Source: Takakia lepidozioides (Eukaryota; Plantae; Bryophyta). Taken from it: DNA of 64,000 nucleotides. The stretch spans positions 34,720,001-34,784,000 of the forward strand of contig CM060731.1 of the NCBI GenBank assembly GCA_030704615.1. The letters run 5' to 3'. Each line of letters begins with the position of its first letter. The first letter of the stretch is position 1. Below are positions 24,452 through 37,420 of the stretch, piece by piece. A program made the position numbers and the translations under genes. Below the pieces are notes generated by a model, which was given only the letters and a program-made list of their open reading frames with translations, searched no databases and was not told where the DNA came from.

Positions 24452-27010
24452 TTAGAATTATGCACAGCATTATGCTTTGAGTGGATAATTTTGTCTGTAA
24501 ATACCTGCAGGTGAGTTCAAGCTTAATCTGGAGTGCAACCATGCAACGCTTTCTGGCCACAGGTGCACACTCCCCAAGAAATAATGCTTGTGCTCGTCTA
24601 CAAAACCTTCTTGGGGACATCACCAATACAAATTCTAATGGGGATATGGGTCACCTGAGGTAGCAAGCAGGTTGTTATTGAGTCTGACATGTGCGACACC
24701 CTGGCAGCTGCCAACATGAGCTGGAAATGGCTCGGATTTATGGTATGCTGGGCAGTATTGATGCCAACACTGGGGATGCCCAAACAGGTACCAGCAGTTT
24801 CCCGTCTCTCTGCTCAGTCTCTCATTTCCTAAAGTACTCCGATTGCTGTCATGCTACATTTTAGTGGTGCAGAGAGGGACAACACCCATCTCCTGTGGTG
24901 AGATACACTCGCACATGTAGTCGAACCCTCATGGAGCCAATTTTCACCCATCCGGTTATTGGTATCTCATATGATATGAAAGTTCTGCTTATTGATGGAC
25001 ATGCAGGATGGGACACTGATCAGTTTCTCACTGATGTTAGTGAGGCAACTCTTGTCATGCTTAGCGTTATAAAGAATGTAAGTTCCTCTGACTTGATAGA
25101 CTGTATATGCTTCAATTTCCTGAGTGGCAAAGAAACTGCTTTTAAATGGCCATCTAGTTGACTTGAGATAGGATGAGATGTCTTTTGGTTCGTTGCAACC
25201 AAACCTGAGGATGAAGCAAACCTCTTAACAAGGAAATGGATGCTTGGTCCTCCTAGCAGAATTATTTGTTTCTTTCGATATAGGATCCTTACGAAGTGCA
25301 TAGGTAGAGGGCGAGTTAGTAAGCAGGTCTAGAACATAAACAAACTATAGTTAGACAACTCTTACCCCGCAAGTCTTGATGGATGCTGTGCAGGGAGGTC
25401 TGGCACCTGGTGGCGTCAATTTTGATGCGAAGTTGTGAGTACCATGCCCCAGTTATTTGCCTCTATATCCTTCCACACTCTGTCATGAATAGTGAGGTTA
25501 GACCTCTGTGAAGCATTTTACGTTTGCCCACCTTCACCACCCTATCTGGTATTCTTGAAGTGCTCTTACTCTTCTGCGGACGTCATAAAGCACCATTTCA
25601 TTTCATTTCTCAATAGGAGCTGAAGTTGGAACTACTGACATGATGTGCTCTGTGAATCCTGCTACTAGCCAACCCCTCCATTGGACAAGCTTCTGTTACT
25701 CTTTCTCCTTGACTCTATACCACCCCTCTCCTTGCCTCATCTTTCTCCAGCTTCTCCTCCCACTCGTTTTTTCGGCTTTCTTCATCCTGCAGAGGGTTCT
25801 GCGTGCATACTTTATCAGAGGACCCTCATTTTACACCCCTCGCACTTTCTGATCTTCTACCATGGCATACTAACAAGCTACGGTGGTGGTTGCAAATGAG
25901 TTGAATGCAGAAGGGAGAGTGTGGATGTGGAGGACCTATTCATTGCACATATATCTGGCATGGATGCACTGGCTCGTGGCCTGCGTAATGCTGCAAAACT
26001 TTTGCAGGTAATCTTCCTGAAGGAGGCATGAATCTTGTTTGCACTAACACGAAGAATGGTCAAGCTGCTTCTTAAAGAGTTCACTTTAGGCATGAGGAAT
26101 CCTTATGATGAGCGTCACACGGTCATCACACAGTCACAATCTGAAGATCCAACCTTCTTTACAATGGCATGTGATGCAACATAAGCTCTTTTCTTCATTT
26201 ACAAGTGATCTGGAGTTTAGAGGATGTTCATGTTGCGGTGTGGATCAGGCTGCATACATAGCATGGTTACCATTTGAAGGAAAATTGCTCTTGAAACTGA
26301 CAGACTGTATGTGTAGGAGGGTCGCCTGACAAAGCTTGTGGAGGACCGCTACTCCAGCTTCCATTCATCACTGGGAGAAGCCATTGAGGTTAATGCCTGC
26401 TCGCTTCTTTTTGGACAGCCAAGTATTATGCATGGGCCATCAAAGAGTGATTTCCAATTGTGGGAATGGAAATCTATTGATTTATGGTGATGTTGCACCA
26501 TATTTAGGAGATCCATGGCCTCTGAGGACATTTTCTCTTAATATGGCTTGGCTGACTGGGGAGTTGTGAATCTCCCACAGCTGTCATCTGAGCCTCTGGC
26601 ACAGATTGATCAGATCATGCAGAAAATTGTCAACTGCAGCATGCACACCGTATTTGCAAGGTCTTTGTTGCAATTGTGATCAAATCATGGTGTCTTTGCA
26701 ACTTGCAGACGGGAAATATTGGTTTTGAAGATCTTGAAAAAGTTGTGCACGAGTCAAGGGAACCGCCTCTCTCCTCTGGAAAGCAGGTGTGCATTCTTTC
26801 TTTCACTGTGTGTCTGTGCATTTTTTGCTGGACTATCCACTCTGAAGAGCTTGAGTGAATGCTTTGTTCATCTTGAGGAATCTATGCTACGACAGTCAAA
26901 CATTAGATGTCCAAGATTACTCCATATTGACCAGTGGAGTCTACTGTTGTTCTTATAACCTTCCTCACTTGCAGGAGCTGGCTGAGATGATTTTCTCCTC
27001 CTACATCTAG
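19392..27010 (+). CDS. XYLA: Xylose isomerase (class II), ~20 exons, N-terminal signal-like segment
   Basis: Spliced exons give [89 protein letters not shown] and ELAEMIF. The ATG is at 19392 and the stop at 27008-27010. Confidence 0.95.
23839..24300. repeat. Two diverged copies (23839-23964, 24177-24300) of a ~125-bp repeat in a xylose isomerase intron; third partial copy at 27114-27188
   Basis: The shared core is TGT(A/G)CTCATAA…TTTGC…GCCT(T/G)GTGGCCAT..ACC.CGCGC.CAGT..G.GTGGAA. Confidence 0.75.
24417..24444. repeat. (GA)n microsatellite
   Basis: Read directly from the sequence. Confidence 0.95.
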
Positions 27011-27654
27011 ATGGGGCAGGGAATCTGGCAAAGTCTTCTACAAGGGGTAAATCCCTTTCCATGCTATAGAGGGAGGGACGCCCAGCAGCTTTGACATATT
27101 TCCCAATTAACAATGTGCTCATAACCTGTTGTTTGCCATGGCCTGGTGGCCATAGACCCCGCGCCCAGTCAGGGTGGAACAGAAGGGATATACAAGAGTG
27201 ACATACAAGGTGATGTTAAAGGTTTTTAACAGACATTTTGCAAAAGAAGCATCAATCATGTACTCCCTGTCTGCACAAAAATCAAGGTGCATGCCTAAGA
27301 GTGCACTGCTCATTGGTTGTACGACTCTGCATGGGTGCTTGGGTGCCCATGCAACACAATCTAATCAGCAACCAGCAACTACAGTACTAATGACAACATG
27401 GTTGACGTGTCAGGACATTACACTGTAAGATAATCTTTGCATTTGGGCCTGTGGTAAAAGGAACATATCACTACGTTAGTTTTGTTCATTTCACAATGTT
27501 CTCAATGTTTTCAGCCCTTGTAACTTTATACCGGACCTTGTCGATTGCATAAATGCTTTCAGGTTCTCATTGACATATGTAAGAACTGATTAATATTCTC
27601 CTTTGTAATTTCAGTACACTCCCCAAGCAGCCAGGGGTTTCTTGCGAGATGTGA

Positions 27655-28228
27655 TGTGACGGTCCCCACTAGGCTGGCTAGGAATATTCCAGTTCTGCGT
27701 CTCCATCTCCGTATCCTTTACACACCTGAGCCCGAGGGCGCAAATGTGATACGCGGTCCGTTGTGGACTAATTGTATGGGGGAAGTCTCTTTCCCAGGTA
27801 CTTCCAACCGTGGAAGTACCTTGAGAAAGAGACTTCCCCTAATGGAATGATCTATGCCATGTTGATAGATAAAGGAAGGTCTGAGAAAAAGTTAAGAATT
27901 GACTCGAGAAGAAAAGAAATAGAGATGTTATTTGTTCTACTTGTAACTGGGGATCGTAGGGAATTTCTGCTGTATAAGATCCCCTAAAATGGATATGGCG
28001 AAAAGCTGAAAAATGATTACATTAAAATGAGAATAGGAAGGGGCAATTGTTGGGTAGATTTCCAAGCACATGGGTGTTGACAACTTCTTCACTTGAGACA
28101 GGGGGAAGAAGGGCTCTTCCCATATTATGTTTTCGACCAAGTGACCTCCTTGGGTTAACGCCCTCATTCACATCCTCATTCACATGATCTGAAACATGAG
28201 CTTCTCTAAGCTGTCCGAAACCGTCACA
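27655..28228. mobile_element. Probable solo LTR
   Basis: 9-bp inverted termini TGTGACGGT…ACCGTCACA are flanked by the direct repeat GTGA (27651-27654, 28229-28232). Confidence 0.55.
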
Positions 28229-30013
28229 GTGATAAGCTTGTGACAGGAGTGGGGATGAGGAGTTGTGCAGCCCACTATGACATCAATAATTGTTGAGGAT
28301 CGAAAATTCTTTCGCTAATGCAAACATATGTCAAATTAGTAGTATAGATGGATACAACACGGACTTATGATACTGCATGCTACTCTCATGCCGCATTCCC
28401 ATCACACAACTTTGTTCCAACTGGAAAGCTATATAACGCATATGTTATGGTACCAACTGGGAATGCTTTATAAAAGCCATTTTTCCCTGGTGCCGCTTTC
28501 ATGTGTGATGGTAGAGTAGTACCTTACTTGAGTGGTTTGCTCCCTATTGGAAACTAGTAGGTGGGTTGTGAAGGACGTACTTCCCGATCCGACTTCACAT
28601 GATGCTGCCTGGTGTCACTTTCTCTTGAATCAAGGCGGTGTAGCGCAACTACTTCAGTTCGCAACTTAGTGCGTGTGCGCATGCATCTCTATATATGTTC
28701 AACCACCAATATCATCTTGTGGGTGTGTCCGCAATATCTCTCTGTATGTTCACCCACCGGTATCACCTTTTGGGTATGTTTGCAAGGGTGGGTAATCACT
28801 TAAAAACCGGTTTTCCACCATCAACAAATCCGCATGTGTATTCTCTACTTTGGAAGCTGTTGGGAAGGCCAATGTTGGCTTGTCCCAAACATTTCTTTAT
28901 AGAAAAACTGGAGGACTTTCCTTGGGCAAATCCATTGGGTAAGAACTCTACCTATCCTAAAGCACCACTCCAAATTGCCTGGATTACAGGCTCTAAACCA
29001 GATTTTGCTCAACTGGATATTCTGCTGACAAGTTGGGGAGGTACCACTATAGGAATTTTGTGGTGCCCTATAGAGCGCACCCGGGAGAGGGCAAGTGGCC
29101 ACAAGGTGAAGTGGCTCTTAGTTACGACCAAAATGAAATAAAGAATCATTGATTGACACATTAACTTGCTCACATGAAACTTCCTCCTAGCACCATGCAA
29201 TGACCTTCTGTTAGCTGCTACCCAACAAATTATGTAGAAGATCCCTACGTTTGCACGCCATCCACATTTTGCTAGCTTTTTGTAGATATTCTTCAGAGCC
29301 GGGTTCCATGGGCAGCTGCCAATCGCCCCCAGGATCAACGAGTCGCTATTGGTTGAAATAGGATATTCCCTAAGGGGCGCCCCCACAGCCGATCAAGTTT
29401 CATGGTGCCGCTAATTGACAGTCCTCTCTCACTCTCTTTGGGAGGTGCTTTACATCACAAGTAATGTCCAATGTGACACTGGAAGGTACCTTTGAAAGCA
29501 CGGTACGCGTAAGCCTACCTTTTGCGACTTAATCAAATTGGTTGATTGATTCTTTTCTTCTTTACAAAGTGATTAGCAGCCTGGTTTACTTTACACGGCA
29601 CTGTGAGACAATTGGTATTCTTACACAGTGGCAATTTCCTTGTTGACGCAAATTCTTGCATAAAACCAGTAAAACAACAATTTCCTGCCACAAAATTGCC
29701 CACAACTTTATATGGTTGGATCTGTTTAATGTCACGTATATAAGCAGATCATTGATGTGTAGCCTACGCAGACAGTGCTATCATAAAACATTGCTCCGTA
29801 TCATCAAAAAATTTAGATGATAACTACGAATTTGTAGTGGACTCTCCATTGGTGGAACTTGAGAGATAAGTTCCATATACCAAGTGCAAATTAAGAAATG
29901 TAAAACTTTTGCAGCTTCAAGATGTTTAAATTTTAACGCATATATATTTTTAGAACAATAAACGTTAATATGGCTAGTACTAATATGTAAATTAACATAT
30001 TTCTTGAATATTT

Positions 30014-30145
30014 CTAGATGCCAGATATTGACAAATCCCACCACTACAATTTTCCGCATACACGGCAAGTCGCATGGGTAGGCACCAAGGTAGCCAGGAT
30101 TTGACCCCGGAAGGGTGGCACTGAGTACTCTATCCACATTATCCA
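30014..30145 (-). mobile_element. Degenerate tRNA-derived SINE
   Basis: B-box GGGTCAAATCC on the minus strand, with a head similar to the SINE at 30674-30908. Confidence 0.5.
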
Positions 30146-30673
30146 AACAACTAGTACTGGTCTTTTTTCCACAAAATATGTATTACTCACTTTACTTGTA
30201 TTAATATAATTAATACAATTTATAACACATTTAAGTATATCTAAAAAATACATCTACTCACCCTATCTGTGTGATGCAGGCCTGTTATGGCACCCTGTCA
30301 TGCCACATGGTTATTTTTGCCATGACCCCTTATTCAATTGTATGATTTACAGGGTCTCCGTCCCATTTATTTTTATTTTTAAATATTAATTAACTAATTA
30401 GGATCCCCTAAAAAAAATGCCATGTAACAGTAGAAGGCACGTTTGTTTTGCATTCTACTCACCAATATTTGGACCCGTGTAGGTACTTTACAAATAATAC
30501 ATAGATTGCAGGTAAGCCACCATTGCTTTGTCGTCGTGCGCACATCGCTCCACTTTGCAGTTGATGTGCTTATTGTTTCATTAGTCGCTATTTTGCGGTG
30601 TCGTACACAGGAGGATTGCAATTGGTGTCAATGAAATTTGACACCAAAAAAAAAGGGGGGCGGGGGAACAGCT

Positions 30674-30908
30674 TTTTTTTTTAATAAATAAATTCATTTT
30701 AAAGGGAAACACCTGGGAGCGACAGCTCACAAATCAGGCCCCTTGATAGAGAGAGGAGAAAATAACCTCGTCGTAGGGCTTTCTGATGCGACACCGCGCA
30801 GGGAAGGGGGAGAAGAGCGTACCACACCCGTCAAGTAGCAGGATTTGACCCCAGGGTCATCCGGATGGCACTCAGAGCACTTTACCAACTGAGCTACTGA
30901 CTGTTGGT
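30674..30908 (-). mobile_element. tRNA-derived SINE
   Basis: Has an A-box TAGCTCAGTTGG, a B-box GGTCAAATCC and an A-rich tail. The TSD is GGAACAGCT (30665-30673, 30909-30917). Homologous to 45455-45733. Confidence 0.88.
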
Positions 30909-31019
30909 GGAACAGCTGCTTGTCATCTCCCTACTGACTCAGTGAAGTCTACAAATACTAAGTACTTATTTTAGTTTAGTATTATATCAAGGATGGTGGA
31001 CCAGAATTTGCTCACAACA

Positions 31020-31203
31020 GATGCACTGGCCCAGTGGTTTAGCATCTTCCCTAATCCTGTGCAGTGGCCTCTGGGTCTGGGGTTCAATCCCCCCATGTGG
31101 GTCTTGTTTGCCTTAGCATCTGGGATTCAGTCCCTACCTGGTAGGTATGACTCACTGTCTCGGTTCCTCAGAGTTTCCACGAGAAAAAAAGGGGGAAAAA
31201 AAA
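31020..31203 (+). mobile_element. tRNA-derived SINE-like element
   Basis: Has an A-box-like TGGCCCAGTGG, a B-box GGTTCAATCCC and an A-rich 3' end. Confidence 0.6.
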
Positions 31204-31607
31204 GGTAAGGGCCTACCGGGTGCCATAAGATTAATGGTCCGGCAACGTTGAAGGATTGAGTCAGTAAGGAAGAAGGTTGCCAGGGTTTACTGACTAAGGA
31301 AAAAGTGAAACAATGATTGGTCACTCACCAGTAGTAGTATAGTACCTTTGTATTTATTTATGCAGAAAGGCACGAGTCAATGGCACTTTATTTGGTGAGT
31401 GAGCTCCGCTGCCACAGGAGGGGCAGCTGCCTTGTGATCAGGGCATTCATACAAATCTTTTTCTTATATACATATATATATATATATATAAGCAATATTT
31501 TACAGTACAATCTTTAGTTTTTCTTTGTTTTATGTTTTTTCAATTTGACAGCTTGTCCTATTTCATTTCTTTAACCCAACGTCCAATTATTTCTATCCAT
31601 TCTTTCA

Positions 31608-31752
31608 TTTTTTATTTTTTGAAGGAAGACTGCTCACAACCCGGCCGACCACGAAACAAATCATATCCACAGGACAGTGAAGCAGGATTTGAACCCTGAA
31701 CCACCAGGGTGACACATACTGCACTTATCCAACTGAGCTACCAGTCGCAGGC
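31608..31752 (-). mobile_element. tRNA-derived SINE (short family)
   Basis: Has an A-box TAGCTCAGTTGG, a B-box GGTTCAAATCC and a poly(A) tail. Confidence 0.8.
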
Positions 31753-32409
31753 TATTCATCTTATTCCGGGTAAAGTTTATGTATCAGGTCACTTATGCAC
31801 AAAATGTATCTACTATCCACTCTTTAGTTTCATGTCCCCTGTTCAAAAAGAAAAATATATATATTTTCCCTTTTTCCCTTTTTTCTTCTCTTGATCCCAC
31901 TGGCAAGTTATTTGCAGTGACTTACAAGATTGACTGTCATTCAATAAAGGCAGCCGGCAAAAATGCACAAATAATAAAACAATATTGGGGATTGACCAGA
32001 GGGAGGAGATGGTACATGATGGCAGGGTCCACCCACATGCAATTATAATATTTTTATGTGGGTTCAGTGTGCCAGTATCTGAGTAGCCAATGTAATAATC
32101 AAATCAATAATTTGGTGAGAGCGAGCCTGCACACTGGGGGAGTGAGAGACGAGAGAGACGACCCCAAGTGTTAAAATATCACTAGGGAGGATCTACTGTC
32201 GCTTCCCTTCCTTCCCACCTGCACACACTCTGCTGCAGACGCTTGCAGCTCTGCTACCTCATGGTTGCTTGCTCATTGGGTTTCTCTTTCTTGTCTGGTT
32301 AGTGCTGCTTGGTGAGCTGCTGTGGCTGGGTGTTTTGAACTTCTTCTGTCAACGTGATACAACGGGATGTAGTGTTTGAATTTGGGCAACCGAATTCGTG
32401 AATTTCATC

Positions 32410-32414
<5 letters not shown>

Positions 32415-32463
<49 letters not shown>
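32415..32463. repeat. (GA)n microsatellite in the PADRE 5' leader
   Basis: Read directly from the sequence. Confidence 0.95.
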
Positions 32464-32465
<2 letters not shown>

Positions 32466-32493
32466 GACAAGAGAGATTTGTTATAGCGAGGAA

Positions 32494-33972
32494 ATGGGCA
32501 ACTGCCAAGTTGTGGACGCTGCAGCGGCAACTGTAGAGCATCCGGGAGGTAAGGTGGAGAAATTGTATTGGACTCTTACAGCACGGCAGCTGATGCTTCA
32601 GAATCCTGGATATTACGTGGCTCTTCTTCCTTTGCCACCTTCTCCTGGCTCACCGCCGGCTCATTGCAAGAAAAAGCTCAATCTCCTACCTCCGGATGCT
32701 ATTCTTCACATTGGCCATTGCTATCGGCTAGTTACCTTTGAAGGTGAGTGATGATCGATCTCCTACCTCCGGATGCTTTCTCCACATTGGCCATTGTTAC
32801 CGGCTAGCTACCTTTGAAGGTGAGTGATGATGGCTTAGCAAGGTCAGTGAGGATGAAAAAGAATGTGGGCGGTCGTACGGGCCGAGGGGGACTTTCACAC
32901 ATGACATGCTGCGGTAAAGTGAGCAATTCATGCAAAATGCTCAAGCGACTACGTCTGTCTGATAATGTTTAGCTTTTAGGCAGCATTCTCACATTTGGAG
33001 CCAGCCAAGCCCTTACGATTGGTCTGTACAAAGCTTTGTGCAGATGTACTTGGGGAGCTCTCTGAAAGGAGTAGAGCGGCACGCCAAGGCAGAACGCAAC
33101 GGTCGCTATCAAAGCCCTCTGTAGATCAATTTGCGAAGTCCACAAATTCTACTGAGCAGGTACAATTGGCCTCACTTGTTGGCACCCTTCGCTACTTCTC
33201 TATAATTTTCTGAGTTTTCTTTTTTGAGGTTTGGTGTGTCAAAAATTACATGGCATTCCTCTGGAGGTTTTTTGCATTTTGTGGGACTGAGGAGTCTGCA
33301 TCTTTCAGAGAGCACCTTGTGCCCCTCTCCTCTTGCCCAAATCATTCAGAGTAGAAGGTGTAATCATTCTTGGTATCAATTTGGCCATTATAGTCCTGAA
33401 CAATTACATAGAGTAAGCTGGAGTACGTGGAGTTGACTAAGATTCTTGGTATCATTATGGCCATCATAGGAACAATCACTTAGTGTAAGCTGCAGTACTC
33501 TCGGGATGGAGTTGACTAAGATTTGGCACTTTGTGTCAACGAGGTTGTTTCTGAATTTTTCTGATTCTTAGAAGTTTCAGATTACACTGCAGATTGTTTC
33601 ATGTCTATTATCAACGACATTAATCTCAAGGTTGATTTCACAGTGACCAGAAATCTCGAACTAAAGAACCTAAAGTTGTATGGCAGGACAGTCTCTTATG
33701 GATGCTTTTATGAACATTGAGAATGGCCATATTGCTTACAGTCTGCAATTTATGGTAGAGTAACAAATGTGTGTCTTTACAGAAACTTGCTGCTCACATT
33801 CCAGAACAAAACATCAGCCAGCACACACTAATGGTTTGTGGTATGTGTGGTTTGTGTGATGCAGGCTGTGTCAACTAACAAAGCAGAGTCAAATCCAGTC
33901 CCGCATGTAAGATCCCTGAGCCAATTCCGAGCACTGGTGAAGGCAACCACTACTACGGAGGTAGAACTCTAA
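32494..33972 (+). CDS. PADRE/DUF4228 family protein (N-myristoylation-type MGNCQ start)
   Basis: Translates MGNCQVVDAA…EHPGGKVEKLYW…LMLQNPGYYVAL…LLPPD..L.IGHCYRLVTFE. Exons are 32494-32743, 33044-33159 and 33865-33972; the last is less certain. Confidence 0.88.
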
Positions 33973-35099
33973 TCCATTTTGCACGGCATCTCATCTATTC
34001 TTTCGACCGTCAGGCATTGAGGCGTCTATTATCTTCAGTCTTTTTTGTCCCTTTTCCTTTACCTTGACTAGCACAGGAAAATTACAGCATACATCCACAC
34101 TGAGAATGAATGTTCAGGGCTGCATGAGCTGCAAGCCATCAGAAAAATCTTTGGTGAGAACCTAGGAGGTTGGAATTGAGCTTGTGTTTTGCAGGAGGAT
34201 AGGGACAACAGATTGGACACTGTTTCGACACCAGCGAGTAATTATAGGACACTTCCACCTGCACGTTCAATGTACCGGCATGGTCAGTGGCGGCCTTGCT
34301 TGCAAAGCATCGCAGAGCAAGGACGATGATTGAGCACTTGTCTGTATAAAGTATGTTTAGAAGTTTAGCCATTTAGACCCAAAAATGGGTAATGATACAC
34401 ATAAAGCAGCCAGGTGTCCAAATGTTGTAAAAATTGCCATTTAGCTTCAGTCACATTGAAACATACCATGAAAGCAGGGTATTTCAGAGACCAACTCAGG
34501 TTCCTGTTGACTATCCCCAGTATCATCAAGAAGGATTTATCAATGTTTGGTATGAATTTAATGCAGATTTAAAAAACTTAATGTGAAGCATTAAGATTCA
34601 AGAGCTGCACAACAGACCTCACAAGTATGAAGAGTATGTTGTTAACAAGTTTTGCTTGTCCCAGTAGACTTGTAGTAGATCAATAGAGCTCAGCTGCCAA
34701 CCAATTATTCAAACATGACCTACCACCCTAACAAATAAGTTCTGAAAACCTCAAAGGTTGACAGCGTTGATCCATCACAGAAAGGATAGGACTTTCAACA
34801 AAGATAAAGGGTCAACAATCAAATGGCAGGTTGCCTATCAGACAGGCACTGATTCAGCACCTTCCTCAGATGGGTAAGAGAGTTTGACAGACAATTACAT
34901 CTCAACATTTCTGCTTTATGGATATTTGACATGTATGTTAGTGAGATGCCAGGCACATTCAATCACCAGTCACAAAATGAAACACACTCATTATTGCATG
35001 ATCTCATAATCCCTATTAAATACAAATTTTGGCTAGGCGTGCCTTTGCTGCCAGAGACTTGACTGGTTATACAAAACCTACAAAGCCTCATTACATGCT

Positions 35100-37420
35100 T
35101 TAATCTGATTCTCTCAGGTGTCGAAGAGTAAAATCTGGGATCACATTTTGGTTGTCAAGGTCGTGTGCAAGGTGGAACTTCACCTGCAAACAGAAACAAG
35201 GTGAGGCATGGGGAACTTGGCTGCAAAGTTGAGGTAGCACTACACAGATTATAACCCACCAAATGAGATACACAAAAAGAGATCATCAAAGTTGGCAATC
35301 AGCCAACAATGATCACACCCCAACAGGAGATGTCCCACCAAGCTTTGCACCCAACCAGGCCAACTAAACAGATTGCATGAAGGTTTGAAAGTGGGTAGCA
35401 CTTGGAAAAAAACCCACCTCGCCAACAGGTACGAAGTGCAACCTTACAGCAGTGCACTTGGCCCCATAGAAGCCTCTCTTTGGCTCAGTGCTCTTGCCCG
35501 CCACTTTCACCACTATAGATCGCAGTCCCTGACCTCCAAACAGGCCACAACTTTCTCAGCACTCTAATTAAAAATATCCACTTGAGTGTGAATGGGTAAT
35601 TTCTTGTCCACTCACATGCCATGGAGAATAAAAGGGTGAAAGAGCAGGAAACTGGTAGATGTGGTAACTGGACAACCCCATGGGAGGGGCCTCACTCCAG
35701 CATTTGCCTAAGTCTTATCTTGCAAAATTCAGTTGGTTTTGCGTGCAGCTGTCAACAAGACAAGGCAACGACAGGGTTGGGAATGTATCAGTCCTATTTG
35801 CAAAACAACTTGGGCAAAACCTGTGGTTGAACCTACTCCTATGGTGCTAGCAGTCAAGAAGCCTATCATCTTGCTCAGTTGTTGTGGGTCTTAGTTGACA
35901 AATCTCCAGGACCTTGGTCTTGTTACTTGAAAGGAAGTGCAAAACCACTAAAATGATTCCAGAAATACAGTTCAGCCCATAAACTTACAGGAGGGTAGCC
36001 CTGAATAAAGGACTGTACTTGCCTCCATCGATTCTGAGTTGTTGTCAGCTCTCCAGAATCCCTGCCATACAGATTGTCACAATTCAGATGATCACAATTC
36101 ATAGAAGGTATGACTCATGTACAGCGGGCATGTTGACAGTCCCAAAAAAATGATAGATCTCTGATGTAATAATCCACATGGGCTGTGATGCGTCCTCAAT
36201 ATACTTTTAGCATGGTGTCATTCCGAGTGGTGAGAACTTTTTGTATAGTTCACAGGCTGATTGAGGCTAGGACACAAATTCACAACACAATCCTCCGAAG
36301 AACATACAATCTTTACAAGAGTGTTAGTCATCATGCATTTCTGCTGAACAAATTACGAGAAAACTAGTGAGAAACCTCCAGGTGTGACAGAAACCTTCAG
36401 ATGTGAAGGGTTTGATGGCCTCATTCATTTCATACCAACAGTAGGCTAATCACGATTCACAAAGTACTCAAGTTAGGAGTCACACAAATCCCTCGGTTTT
36501 TTTGCGCATCATCACGAAATGGTTGTTACGGATCGATAAAACATCGATACAAACCTTCAGGTGCAAAAAGAAACCATCAGATGGGGAAGGAAAACGTACC
36601 AGAACAGAAGGACGTTCTTCAGCTCATCACGCAAGATAAGTTGCACCTTAAATAAGCTCTGAGCATCTTCCCTGCCCGCAAACCAGACCGAAAACGTCAA
36701 AGCAGGGCTGCAATCCAAGAACTTGTTGGAGAATGTCTGGAGCCCCACATACTGCTGCACTTTGCCCCATTCATACGAGGTCGCCAGGACTGGTTTGTTC
36801 GGTGCCGCTGGGCAGGGCTGGCAGCCTGCGGGAGGATTCTCCCGCAACACACCATCCCCACCTCCACGCTGGAACACTGAACCTCCCTCAGTGGCCCAAT
36901 GGCAGAAAGGGTGAGGCTCGTCATGGTCCTCATTTTCGCAACAGATGCGATCATACAGCATTCGATGCTTCGGTTCCCATGGCCGCAGCGATTGGCCCTT
37001 CATGAGCTCAACCTCAACGTGATGCATGCGTTCAAGGTGCGGGCTGGCCACCAGATTCACACCATAAACTGCACCAAACAACCCTTTCCAGCCGCCCAGA
37101 CAGCGCATTGCATCGATCTCTCGGAGGCCTGATCCCGCACATAGTTCGCCCCACAGCGTTGCATCTTGAGCGGTATCCCTCCAGGCTTTGCAAACAAGTG
37201 CACAAGAACTTGCAATCTCTGCAGCGGGCAGCAGCGCAAAGATCTTGGCGAGGATTGCTTCAGGCACCCTCTCGCAGCCTGCTGGCTTTGCCCCCATCAT
37301 GTCCTGCGACACTTCGCCACAGCTTGGAATCCGGCTATGGCCGAATGCCTCCCAACCCTCCAGCCTAAAAATCTCAAAACATCTTACCACCTCTTCCTCT
37401 GGAAAATCTGTCCGGTTCAT
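35100..37420 (-). CDS. F-box protein with FBA (Fbs1/FBXO2/FBXO6-type) C-terminal domain
   Basis: F-box VPEAILAKIFALLP…CALVCKAWR. Exons 37420-36600, 36061-35989, 35528-35418 and 35183-35100 give LATSYEW…SVWFAGREDAQS…WRQVQSFIQGYPPGLRSI…GK…GFYGAK. Confidence 0.85.

Noticed and set aside
19392-27010. Bacterial xylA acquired by recent HGT or contamination
   Set aside because: The gene has about 19 spliceosomal introns and a plant-type sequence.
30674-30908. tRNA gene
   Set aside because: It has a tRNA-like head only, followed by an unrelated body, an A-tail and a TSD, which makes it a SINE.
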